Assembly (NCBI GenBank): GCA_902772995.1 | Contig: CACYCQ010000168.1 | Location: forward strand, 1-38,602 | DNA: 38,602 nucleotides | Reading direction: 5' to 3' | DNA from: an uncultured Eubacteriales bacterium | Lineage (GTDB): Bacteria > Bacillota > Clostridia > Christensenellales > Aristaeellaceae | Part shown: in pieces, positions 16,995 through 24,656 of the stretch | How the letters are laid out: every line of letters starts with the position of its first letter | Numbering within the stretch: the stretch's first letter is position 1 | Made by a program: the position numbers and the translations under genes | Notes under the pieces: model-generated | Databases searched by the model: none | Told to the model about the DNA's origin: nothing | The model's input: the letters and a program-made list of their open reading frames with translations, nothing else

Positions 16995-17030
16995 GAGATT
17001 TAAACCATATGTTTAAATCTCTTTTTCTTT
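16995..17030. terminator. AT-rich inverted repeat between convergent units (possible + strand terminator)
   Basis: GAGATTTAAAC catat GTTTAAATCTC, followed on the + strand by TTTTTCTTTT. It overlaps the stop codon of the minus-strand gene ending at 17013. The AT-rich stem is weak. Confidence 0.35.
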
Positions 17031-18365
17031 TGTCTCGGAACGCCTGTCTTTCCAGAGTTTACATGCTGCGGCAATCCGTTCATCTTCCCTGATCAGGGCA
17101 TCCTGCGCCGCCTTTTTCTGCCGCTCATCATTGGCAATTGCCAACATCAGCCGAATCCTGTTTTCCTGATTGACTTTCGTGGCAGAGAGATCATAGTCGA
17201 TGGGAACGATATTGATCCCAGGATGTACCTCCGTCAGCCTCCGAATCATTCCTTTGCCGTTGATGTGATTGGGAAGACACCCGAATGGCTGGGCACAGAC
17301 GATATTCTCATAGCCGTTTTCAGCCAGCTCCAGCATCTCCGCTGTCAGCAACCAGCCTTCGCCCATCTTACTTCCGTAACCGATCACCCCTTTCACCAGC
17401 TCCTTGGTATGCCGGTAGGGGGTAGGGGGAACAAAGGAAGGACGCAGGCGAACGGAGTTGATAAGGATCCCCTCCAGACGTTCCGCATAAGCCATCAGCA
17501 AGGTGACTGCAGCCAGCTTGAAGGGATTGCCTCCATAAAGGTGGATATCCTCAATACGGTTGTCAATCTTGAAGAGCACAAAGCTCATCAGCCCGGGCAG
17601 CATGTATTCACAATCCTGCTTCTTCAGGAAATCTTCAAGCCCGTTGTTTCCCAGCGAAGAATATTTGACATAGATTTCTCCAACGATGCCGACTTTTGTT
17701 TTCGGTTCTCTGGAGCGGGGGATGGCGTCAAATTCTCCGGTGATTTGTTCCAGGTTGAACCTGATTTCCTTCTGGCTGAGCCCCTTTCCCTTGTCAAACT
17801 GTCGGATAAGCTCATTGTTCCACTTTTCAATCAGGGCATCTGTGGTTCCAGGAACCTTTTCATAGGGACGGGTCTGATTTGCAACACACATGATGCAGTC
17901 TCCGTAGATGACGGAGGAGAACAGCTGCCTCAAAAGCTTCAGCGTTATCTTAAACCCGGGTGCGCTGTCCAGACCGGACAGATTGGCAGAGATGACGGGA
18001 ATATAATCCAGTCCTGCTTTCTTCAGCGCCTTGCGCAGCAGAAAAATATAATTGCTGGCTCGGCATCCGCCGCCTGTCTGCGATATGATCAGGGCGACCT
18101 TGTGCAGATCATACTTTCCGGAATGCAGGGCATCCAGAAACTGTCCGATGACCAGAAGAGCGGGAACACATGTGTCATTATGAACGTATTTCAGTCCTTC
18201 AGCCATGACATTGGGGCCATGGTTATGCAACACGACCGCATTGTAGCCATTAAGTCGGAGAACCTTCTCGATGAGAGAAAAATGGAATTCGAGCATGTTG
18301 GGAACAAGGATGGTATACCCCTGTTCCTTCATCTCCTTGGTAAAAACAACGTGATTAGTTTCCAC
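17013..18365 (-). CDS. HgdB/HGD-D-like subunit (2-hydroxyacyl-CoA dehydratase / double-cubane-cluster protein superfamily), substrate unknown
   Basis: FTKEMKEQGYTILVPNMLEFHF N-terminus. Conserved Cys contexts NDTCVPALL, TGGGCRASNY and CAQPFGCLPNH. I prefer the GTG at 18365 (METNHVVFTKEM), which overlaps the upstream stop by 11 nt. The track start at 18554 lies inside the upstream gene. Confidence 0.7.
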   Translation of the reverse strand: METNHVVFTKEMKEQGYTILVPNMLEFHFSLIEKVLRLNGYNAVVLHNHGPNVMAEGLKYVHNDTCVPALLVIGQFLDALHSGKYDLHKVALIISQTGGGCRASNYIFLLRKALKKAGLDYIPVISANLSGLDSAPGFKITLKLLRQLFSSVIYGDCIMCVANQTRPYEKVPGTTDALIEKWNNELIRQFDKGKGLSQKEIRFNLEQITGEFDAIPRSREPKTKVGIVGEIYVKYSSLGNNGLEDFLKKQDCEYMLPGLMSFVLFKIDNRIEDIHLYGGNPFKLAAVTLLMAYAERLEGILINSVRLRPSFVPPTPYRHTKELVKGVIGYGSKMGEGWLLTAEMLELAENGYENIVCAQPFGCLPNHINGKGMIRRLTEVHPGINIVPIDYDLSATKVNQENRIRLMLAIANDERQKKAAQDALIREDERIAAACKLWKDRRSETKEKEI

Positions 18366-21312
18366 TTGAGGATGATCCTTTCTGTGCCAAGAGGGTTTCC
18401 TGCTGGTCAATGGCCGCAAACAGGGAACGCAGACGGATCCGGACAGCGCCCAGATTTGTGATTTCGTCGATTTTGATCTGTGTATAAATTTTCCCGTTGG
18501 ATTCCAGGATATCGCGAACCTCATCGGTGGTAATGGCATCCACACCGCAGCCAAAGGACACCAGCTGGACCAAGTTCATGTCCGGCTGGGTCGAAATGTA
18601 CTTGGCGCTGGCATAGAGTCGGGAATGGTAGGTCCATTGGTTCAGGACATGAACCGTTTCTCGTTTCATATGGGCAGAGAGTGAATCCTCTGTCACCACT
18701 GCAGATCCAAAGCCTGCGATCAGCCGGTCGATGCCATGATTGACCTCCGGATCCACGTGATAGGGACGCCCGCACAGAACGATAATCGGCCGCTTTTCGC
18801 TGCGTGCTTTTTCAATCATTTCCTCACCCTTCTGCCGGATGTCCTGCATCCAGGCCTCATAGGCGGCATAGGCGGCGTCACATGCTTTTTTTACTTCCCT
18901 GCGGGTCATCTCCGGGAAATGCCTATGCAGGATTTCATAGAGTTTTCCAGGGAAATGATGCCGATGATCAATGCCCACGTAATCATGGATAAAATCCACA
19001 TTCCGAATATCGGGCATGTTGGCCGAGATGACCTCGGGATAGTAGGCCACCACCGGGCAGTTGTAGTGGTTGTCCCCCAGATGGTCGTCGATATTGTAGC
19101 TCATGCAGGGATAAAAGATCGTCCGCACGCCCCTGTTGATCAGCTCCTGGATATGGCCGTGCACCAGCTTTGCAGGAAAACAGACTGTATCGCTGGGAAT
19201 GGTCGCCTGACCCCGGATATACAGGCTGCGGCTGCTGAACGGAGATACCTCCACATCAAATCCCAGATGGGTAAACAGCGCGTGCCAGAAGGGGAGAAGC
19301 TCATACAGGTTCAATACAAGCGGGAGCCCGATTTTACCGCGTGGAGCCTTTTCCGGATGGGACTTGCTGAGGGCAAGCAGCTTCTCCTGTTTGTATGCCA
19401 CCAGATTCAGATCGCTGGCAGCCTTTTTTCCTGAAACAGGACGGTCGCAGCGGTTTCCGCTGATATATTTTCGACTGCCGAAACGGTTGATGGTCAGTCG
19501 GCAGTGGTTTTCACACAGACCGCAACGGGTCTGGGTCACCTCGTGGGAAAAGTGCTCTAGGGCGTCTCCGCTCAGAATGGTGGACTCACCAGGATGAAGC
19601 GCGCGCTGTTCCCTGGCGTACAGGGCAGCACCATAGGCGCCCATCAGACCGGCAATATCCGGGCGGATGACCTCCACTCCCAGTTCCTTCTCAAATGCCC
19701 GCAAAACGGCATCATTGAGGAATGTGCCTCCCTGGACCACAATGTGTTTTCCCAGGTCCTGGGGACCGGCACAGCGGATAACCTTGTACAAAGCGTTCTT
19801 GACCACGGAAATGGACAATCCTGCGGAAATGTCCGTCACATCCGCGCCATCCTTCTGTGCCTGCTTGACAGAGGAATTCATAAAGACTGTGCAGCGGCTT
19901 CCCAGGTCCACCGGACGGCGGGCGGCAAGGCCGAGCTGGGCAAAATCCTCGATTTTTGTGCCCATGGCCCCGGCAAAGGTCTGCAGAAAGGAACCGCAGC
20001 CGCTTGAGCAGGCTTCATTGAGGAAAATGTTGTCTATGGCTCCGTTGTGGATTTTGAAGCATTTGATATCCTGCCCGCCGATGTCGATGATAAAGTCCAC
20101 CTCCGGCAGAAAGGCCTTTGCGGCGGTAAAATGCGCAACGGTTTCCACCAGTCCGAAATCCACGCCGAAAGCGTTTCGAATCAGGTCTTCGCCGTAGCCG
20201 GTAACCGCACCCGCACGGATGGTAAACCCGGGATACCTCGCCGCCAGGTCCTGCAGAAAACTCCGCACATGCGGCACAGGGTCACCGCTGTTGCTCTGGT
20301 AGCGTGTGAAAAGCAGTTCCCCCGAATCGGAAATCACCACGGACTTGATGGTGGTGGAGCCGGAGTCAATGCCCACATACACCGGACCTGAATAAGTCTC
20401 CGGGTCCCGCCTGGGCACCCTGGAGCACTGATGGCGCCTGCGGAAGGCGGACAGTTCCTCCTCGTTTTCAAAAAGAGGCGGCATGGCCACATAGCTTTCG
20501 GTGCTGTGATAGGCGTCAATGGCCTCCATGCAATCCGAAAGAAGCAGGGCTTCGGAAGCTGTGACCGCAGCGCCCAGAGCTACATAATACAGGGAATTTT
20601 CCGGGCATACGCCGTGCAGGTTCAGGGTTTCATCAAAGCATGCACGCAACTCGGACAGGAAGGTCAGGGGGCCTCCAAGATACAGGACATGCCCGGAGAC
20701 CGGCCGGCCCTGTGCCAGTCCCGCGACGGTCTGGTTGACCACTGCCATGAAAATGGATCTGGCGACATCCGCCTTGCGGGCACCCTGGTTGAGCAGGGGC
20801 TGAACATCGGTCTTGGCAAAAACTCCGCAGCGCGAAGCGATGGTGTAGATGCGCTCTGCCTGCGAAGCAAGAGTGTTCATCTCCGAGGGTGTCACGGACA
20901 GCAATGTGGCCATCTGGTCGATGAACGCGCCGGTTCCGCCCGCGCAGGATCCGTTCATCCGAACCTCCAGAGTGCCATGGAGGAACAGGATTTTCGCATC
21001 TTCTCCGCCCAGCTCGATAATGACATCTGTTCCCGGCGCAAAACGGTCCGCGGCAACCTTGGTCGCATATACCTCCTGAATGAAGGGAATATGGGAGCCC
21101 AAAGCCATACCCATTCCGGCAGAACCGGAGATGGCCAGGCGGCAGGGCTGCCCCTGAACCAGGTCCCGGTCAACCTTCTCAAGCAGTTCCCGGGTCTTCT
21201 GGGTGATCAGGGAATAATGACGCTCATAACAGGAAAAAAGGATCTGTCCACTCTCATCCAGCACAACGCACTTGATGGTAGTGGAACCGATATCCAGGCC
21301 AATCTGATACAT
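18355..21312 (-). CDS. Tandem BcrAD/BadFG (HgdC-type) activase ATPase fused to a Cys-rich linker and a DUF2229/HgdB-like domain
   Basis: Two ATPase modules begin MYQIGLDIGSTTIK (aa 1) and VYVGIDSGSTTIK (aa 311). Each has cluster-ligand contexts: NGSCAGGTGAF/SRCGVFA and NEACSSGCGSF/SRCTVFM. These are followed by CGLCENHC...NRC and a C-terminal region (LPLVLNLYELLPFW, CFPAKLVHGH, VSFGCGVD). Confidence 0.8.
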   Translation of the reverse strand: MYQIGLDIGSTTIKCVVLDESGQILFSCYERHYSLITQKTRELLEKVDRDLVQGQPCRLAISGSAGMGMALGSHIPFIQEVYATKVAADRFAPGTDVIIELGGEDAKILFLHGTLEVRMNGSCAGGTGAFIDQMATLLSVTPSEMNTLASQAERIYTIASRCGVFAKTDVQPLLNQGARKADVARSIFMAVVNQTVAGLAQGRPVSGHVLYLGGPLTFLSELRACFDETLNLHGVCPENSLYYVALGAAVTASEALLLSDCMEAIDAYHSTESYVAMPPLFENEEELSAFRRRHQCSRVPRRDPETYSGPVYVGIDSGSTTIKSVVISDSGELLFTRYQSNSGDPVPHVRSFLQDLAARYPGFTIRAGAVTGYGEDLIRNAFGVDFGLVETVAHFTAAKAFLPEVDFIIDIGGQDIKCFKIHNGAIDNIFLNEACSSGCGSFLQTFAGAMGTKIEDFAQLGLAARRPVDLGSRCTVFMNSSVKQAQKDGADVTDISAGLSISVVKNALYKVIRCAGPQDLGKHIVVQGGTFLNDAVLRAFEKELGVEVIRPDIAGLMGAYGAALYAREQRALHPGESTILSGDALEHFSHEVTQTRCGLCENHCRLTINRFGSRKYISGNRCDRPVSGKKAASDLNLVAYKQEKLLALSKSHPEKAPRGKIGLPLVLNLYELLPFWHALFTHLGFDVEVSPFSSRSLYIRGQATIPSDTVCFPAKLVHGHIQELINRGVRTIFYPCMSYNIDDHLGDNHYNCPVVAYYPEVISANMPDIRNVDFIHDYVGIDHRHHFPGKLYEILHRHFPEMTRREVKKACDAAYAAYEAWMQDIRQKGEEMIEKARSEKRPIIVLCGRPYHVDPEVNHGIDRLIAGFGSAVVTEDSLSAHMKRETVHVLNQWTYHSRLYASAKYISTQPDMNLVQLVSFGCGVDAITTDEVRDILESNGKIYTQIKIDEITNLGAVRIRLRSLFAAIDQQETLLAQKGSSSSGN

Positions 21313-21333
21313 GGAACAACAAGAGTCCTTTCT

Positions 21334-21364
21334 ATAAAAACAGACGATTCCGAAGATCCGTCTG
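21334..21364 (-). promoter_or_regulatory. Leader stem-loop plus U-run immediately upstream of the activase RBS (attenuator-like or 5' stabiliser)
   Basis: Minus strand: CAGACGgatcttcggaatCGTCTG followed by TTTTTAT. It lies between the predicted promoter and the ATG at 21312. Confidence 0.3.
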
Positions 21365-21380
21365 AGTCAAAAACACAGGA

Positions 21381-21409
21381 ATTATATAGGAAAGAAATCC
21401 ATTTGGCAA
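21381..21409 (-). promoter_or_regulatory. SigA-type promoter (proximal) for the activase/dehydratase-like operon
   Basis: Minus strand: TTGCCA (21409-21404), 17 nt spacer, TATAAT (21386-21381). About 60-65 nt upstream of the start codon. Confidence 0.55.
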
Positions 21410-21789
21410 GGCTGTGCCCGGATCAGTCCGGAATGGCACGGTTATAGAAGCTGTCCCTGCATACCCCGTCAGAGAGAGTCCTGCCTGCCCGATCAGCTCC
21501 CGTCAGATCCCTTGATCAGACTTTCTGAGCAGCATCGTATTCTTCGCAAGGAACGGTTTTCAAACTCCCTTCCGGCCACAGGCATGAGCGCCGGGGCAAG
21601 AGGAGGGGAGAGGGGCAACCTGACATGCAGACGAGGATACAGACCTGGCCAACGGATCGCATCAGGGGCATTCCGCCTGGAAGAATGAATCGTCCAATCC
21701 TTTATCGCTGCCGAAAAAAGCAGTCAGCGAATATCCTTTATCCATCAGCGCCATCCCTGCGTTGTCTCTCCGTTAAAATATGTTTATTG

Positions 21790-21818
21790 ATTATATCCTC
21801 AAGATCAGAGAAACTCAA
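21790..21818 (-). promoter_or_regulatory. Second, distal SigA-type promoter on the minus strand
   Basis: Minus strand: TTGAGT, 17 nt spacer, TATAAT, in a locally AT-rich patch just downstream of the recR terminator. It would give a ~470 nt leader or a separate transcript. Confidence 0.35.
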
Positions 21819-21864
21819 TTCCTTTTTCCCATCCTGAGTGGTAAACCCGTCCCGGGTAAACAGC

Positions 21865-21889
21865 AGGCCCGCCTGGTTCAGGCGGGCCT
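21865..21889 (-). terminator. Stem-loop downstream of recR
   Basis: 10 bp GC-rich stem AGGCCCGCCT / AGGCGGGCCT with a 5 nt loop. On the minus strand it is followed only by gcTGTTTac, a short U-run. Confidence 0.45.
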
Positions 21890-21912
21890 TGTCAGGCAGG
21901 CAAAACGGGACG

Positions 21913-22512
21913 TCACATGCTTCTGCGTCCTTCCATGGCACGGGCCAGGGTCACTTCATCTGTATACTCCAGGTCGCCGCCCACAGGCAGACCATGGGCG
22001 ATCCGGGTGACCAGTATTCCCCGGGGCTTGATCAGACGGGCAATATAGTTGGCCGTCGCCTCACCCACAATGTCCGGATTGGTCGCCAGGATCACCTCCC
22101 GGATGGGCTCCCTGTCAAGGCGCGCCATCAGCTCGGAAATTCTGATATCCTCGGGACCCACACCGTCCATGGGTGAGATCGCGCCGTGCAGAACGTGATA
22201 AATGCCCCTGAAATCCCGCATGCGCTCCATGGCAGCCACATCCCGGGGATCTTTGACCACGCACAAAAGCTCGCGCTGGCGTCCCTCATCCGTGCAGATC
22301 GGACAGGGGTCCTCAACCGTATAGTTGCCGCAGATGCTGCAGTAGCGGATCTGCTGCCGGCCTTCCCACAGGGCATCGGCCAGCTCCTTCACCTTTTCAG
22401 GGGACATGGATGCGATGTGATAGGCCAATCGCAGCGCAGATTTGGAACCGATCCCCGGCAGCCTGGAAAGCTGCTGAGCCATGCGGGCAATGGGTTCAAT
22501 CTGTCCGGCCAT
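21913..22512 (-). CDS. recR: Recombination protein RecR
   Basis: Hh[17 protein letters not shown]4 zinc finger [16 protein letters not shown], and a Toprim region. It starts directly after the ybaB stop. Confidence 0.92.
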   Translation of the reverse strand: MAGQIEPIARMAQQLSRLPGIGSKSALRLAYHIASMSPEKVKELADALWEGRQQIRYCSICGNYTVEDPCPICTDEGRQRELLCVVKDPRDVAAMERMRDFRGIYHVLHGAISPMDGVGPEDIRISELMARLDREPIREVILATNPDIVGEATANYIARLIKPRGILVTRIAHGLPVGGDLEYTDEVTLARAMEGRRSM

Positions 22513-22854
22513 TTACAGCAGCCCGCCCAGCATCGGATTCAGCTTGTTCATGCTGGTTTCCCGGTCCTCAGTGGACTTCTGTACGGCATCATTGACCGCT
22601 GCCAGGACCATGTCCTCCAGCATCTCCACATCCTCAGGATCCACCGCATCCGGAGAAATCCGGATGGACTGGAGCACATGCTTGCCGGTCATGGTGCAGC
22701 TCACCGCGCCGCCGCCCGCTGTACCTTCGTAGACCTTCTCATCCAGCTCCGTCGTCATTTTCTGGAGCTCTTCCTGCATTTTCTGCGCCTGACGCATCAT
22801 CTGCTGCATATTGCCCTGCTGACCGGGAAATCCCCGGAAACCACCTTTTGCCAT
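22513..22854 (-). CDS. ybaB: Nucleoid-associated protein YbaB/EbfC
   Basis: 113 aa. NMQQMMRQAQKMQEELQK...GGGAV...G...I.I.P...DPED.EMLEDMV.AAVNDA is the typical YbaB pattern. GGAGG RBS. Confidence 0.9.
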   Translation of the reverse strand: MAKGGFRGFPGQQGNMQQMMRQAQKMQEELQKMTTELDEKVYEGTAGGGAVSCTMTGKHVLQSIRISPDAVDPEDVEMLEDMVLAAVNDAVQKSTEDRETSMNKLNPMLGGLL

Positions 22855-22883
22855 GGGGGGGTACCTCCTTGTTAGTTTACGCC

Positions 22884-22912
22884 ATTATACAACAGGACCG
22901 GGGTCAAAACAA
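22884..22912 (-). promoter_or_regulatory. SigA-type promoter for ybaB-recR
   Basis: Minus strand: TTGTTT, 17 nt spacer, TATAAT. About 30 nt upstream of the ybaB ATG. Confidence 0.45.
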
Positions 22913-22929
22913 GCCGCCGAAACTGAGGC

Positions 22930-24441
22930 TCACGACCCGGTATCCCGTGGACGGGCAAGCAGCTGGTAAAACAGCTCCTGCCCGGTGTCCTCACAGATAA
23001 AGTTGGCGGTGTCCGCCTGGGGATGCAGGACCGTTTTGAAAGGATCGGAAAACATTCGGAAGGTGCCCGCCTTCATCACCCGGTAAGCTCCCCGCTCAAA
23101 CTCCTTCATGGGCGTGATGCTGCCCACCAGAAGCACAAGCACCACAAGAAGCCGGACCGGCAGGCGTGTCCGTGCATCACACAGAGTATGCAGCGTGTAG
23201 CACATGAGCGTCAGCAGTCCCGGGATCGAGGCACGCATGGAAAAATCCATGTGATAGCCCACCTTGAACATGGGAACCCCCAGCAGGATAAGAAGCGTAG
23301 ATGCAAAGACCGGGTCCCGAAAGTAGCGGGGCAGAAGCAAAAGGGCCAGAGCCAGCCATTCCACCAGGCAAAACACAAGAAGCGCTGACAGTGCCTCCGG
23401 CAGCGTATAGGCATGCAGATACAGATCCAGACGGAAGGGGGCGTCGGAAGACGAATGATTGGCAGAAAGATACAGCAGGATGGGCAAGCTGAATGCCACG
23501 GCAAGCAGATTGCAGGCGGAAAAGGGAGCACAAAGCAGAGATCCCGCCCTTCCCTGCCGGAGCGCAGCCGCCAGGCGGACAAGGAACACAAGCACGCACA
23601 ACGCCACCATGCCCACCAGCGGAAGCGGGGAATACAGCAGTGTGGAAAGCCCGATCAGGGCCCATACCTTCACCCTCCCGGTTTCATGCAGCAGCATGCA
23701 GGTGGCCAGCCATGCCGGGACAGCCTGATTGAAAACCCAGAACAGACAGGTGGTATTGCTGGAATACTGCCAGAGCTGCGCCCACCATTCAATCTGGTCG
23801 GTCCAGTCTCCCCGGAGAAAACACACAAGACCGTCCATCCCGGAAAAGAGCACAAACACCAGCAGCATCCCGCAGGTGCCGGCAAGGCGGGTGATGCCCG
23901 TGAGCGAGGCCACCAGCAGGAAGCACAGCAAAAGAAACCACACCGTCTGAAGCGCCAGCGCTGTATTGGCGACATCCCAGACAATGCCGGGGCCTATCAG
24001 CGCCCCTGCTGACCTGCCGATCAGTCCAGGCACGATCCAGAAGCCGATATAATAAGTCAGGGCATGGGATGTTCCCGGAAAATAGACAGGCCAGGGATGC
24101 TCAAGCAGATCGTGGAAAATTGCGTTGCGGCCGTAAAAATCGTCATTCTGATAAAAGAATCCGCCTATTCCCGAAAGCATTGTCCACACAAGGGCACACA
24201 GAATCATGGCCACAAGAGCAGGCAGTGAAAGGGCAAGGGTGTCTTCGCCTTTCCCGAAGGCTGTCTCAAGCGGTGCCGCAACGCGACCCTTTGAGTACAG
24301 CAGCCCTGCTGCCAGAGCCAGAAGCGCTGCAGGGATCCCGAAAAGCGGGCGCAGAAATGTCAACAGAAAAAGGATGACCGGAAGCAGAAGCGTCCAGATT
24401 GCACACACCAGAAGGCGCCTTCGTGAAAAGGGAATCAGCAT
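22930..24441 (-). CDS. Polytopic integral membrane protein of unknown function (GT-C / polymerase-like topology suspected)
   Basis: About 503 aa and almost entirely hydrophobic helices, with one loop GGFFYQNDDFYGRNAIFHDLLEHPWPVYF. I prefer the ATG at 24441 (GAGGTG 6 nt upstream, MLIPFSRRRLLV...) over the TTG at 24579 used by the track. Confidence 0.6.
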   Translation of the reverse strand: MLIPFSRRRLLVCAIWTLLLPVILFLLTFLRPLFGIPAALLALAAGLLYSKGRVAAPLETAFGKGEDTLALSLPALVAMILCALVWTMLSGIGGFFYQNDDFYGRNAIFHDLLEHPWPVYFPGTSHALTYYIGFWIVPGLIGRSAGALIGPGIVWDVANTALALQTVWFLLLCFLLVASLTGITRLAGTCGMLLVFVLFSGMDGLVCFLRGDWTDQIEWWAQLWQYSSNTTCLFWVFNQAVPAWLATCMLLHETGRVKVWALIGLSTLLYSPLPLVGMVALCVLVFLVRLAAALRQGRAGSLLCAPFSACNLLAVAFSLPILLYLSANHSSSDAPFRLDLYLHAYTLPEALSALLVFCLVEWLALALLLLPRYFRDPVFASTLLILLGVPMFKVGYHMDFSMRASIPGLLTLMCYTLHTLCDARTRLPVRLLVVLVLLVGSITPMKEFERGAYRVMKAGTFRMFSDPFKTVLHPQADTANFICEDTGQELFYQLLARPRDTGS

Positions 24442-24599
24442 AGGGTTCACCTCTATAATCCCCTGAAAGCAGGGAAGATCAAACCCGGAACATTCCGGGA
24501 AAACAGAGCTGCTTTCATTGTATTCCCGCATGGGCGGCTTGTCGAGGGAAGTCTGAAATTTGCATATTCCTGCGTTCAACCGCGTTCAATCTGCCTTGC

Positions 24600-24628
24600 T
24601 TGAACTGAAGGGGCATCTCTGCTATAAT
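24600..24628 (+). promoter_or_regulatory. SigA-type promoter for the SpoU/TrmH methyltransferase-plsX unit
   Basis: TTGAAC, 17 nt spacer, TATAAT (24623-24628). 28 nt upstream of the ATG at 24657. Confidence 0.5.
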
Positions 24629-24656
24629 CACGCTGATATTTTGCGTCTGAAAGGCG

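Noticed and set aside
17223-18461. 412 aa plus-strand ORF (and 20431..21447, 338 aa) antisense to the activase/dehydratase-like genes
   Set aside because: The minus-strand frames carry the diagnostic ATPase and Cys motifs. The plus-strand products are featureless.
21410-21790. Known riboswitch or T-box in the long upstream region of the activase locus
   Set aside because: No TPP (CUGAGA...ACCUGAUCUGGAUAAUGCCAGCG), B12 box (GCCACUG), SAM-I, FMN, purine, ZTP, guanidine or T-box (GGUGGUACCGCG) signature could be found by eye on the minus strand.
21625-21941. 70 aa plus-strand and 67 aa minus-strand ORFs between recR and the activase promoter
   Set aside because: The 67 aa ORF overlaps the recR 3' end and reads straight through the recR terminator hairpin. 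The 70 aa ORF is Arg-rich with poor SD spacing. Neither resembles YaaL/BofA-type small proteins that follow recR in some Firmicutes.
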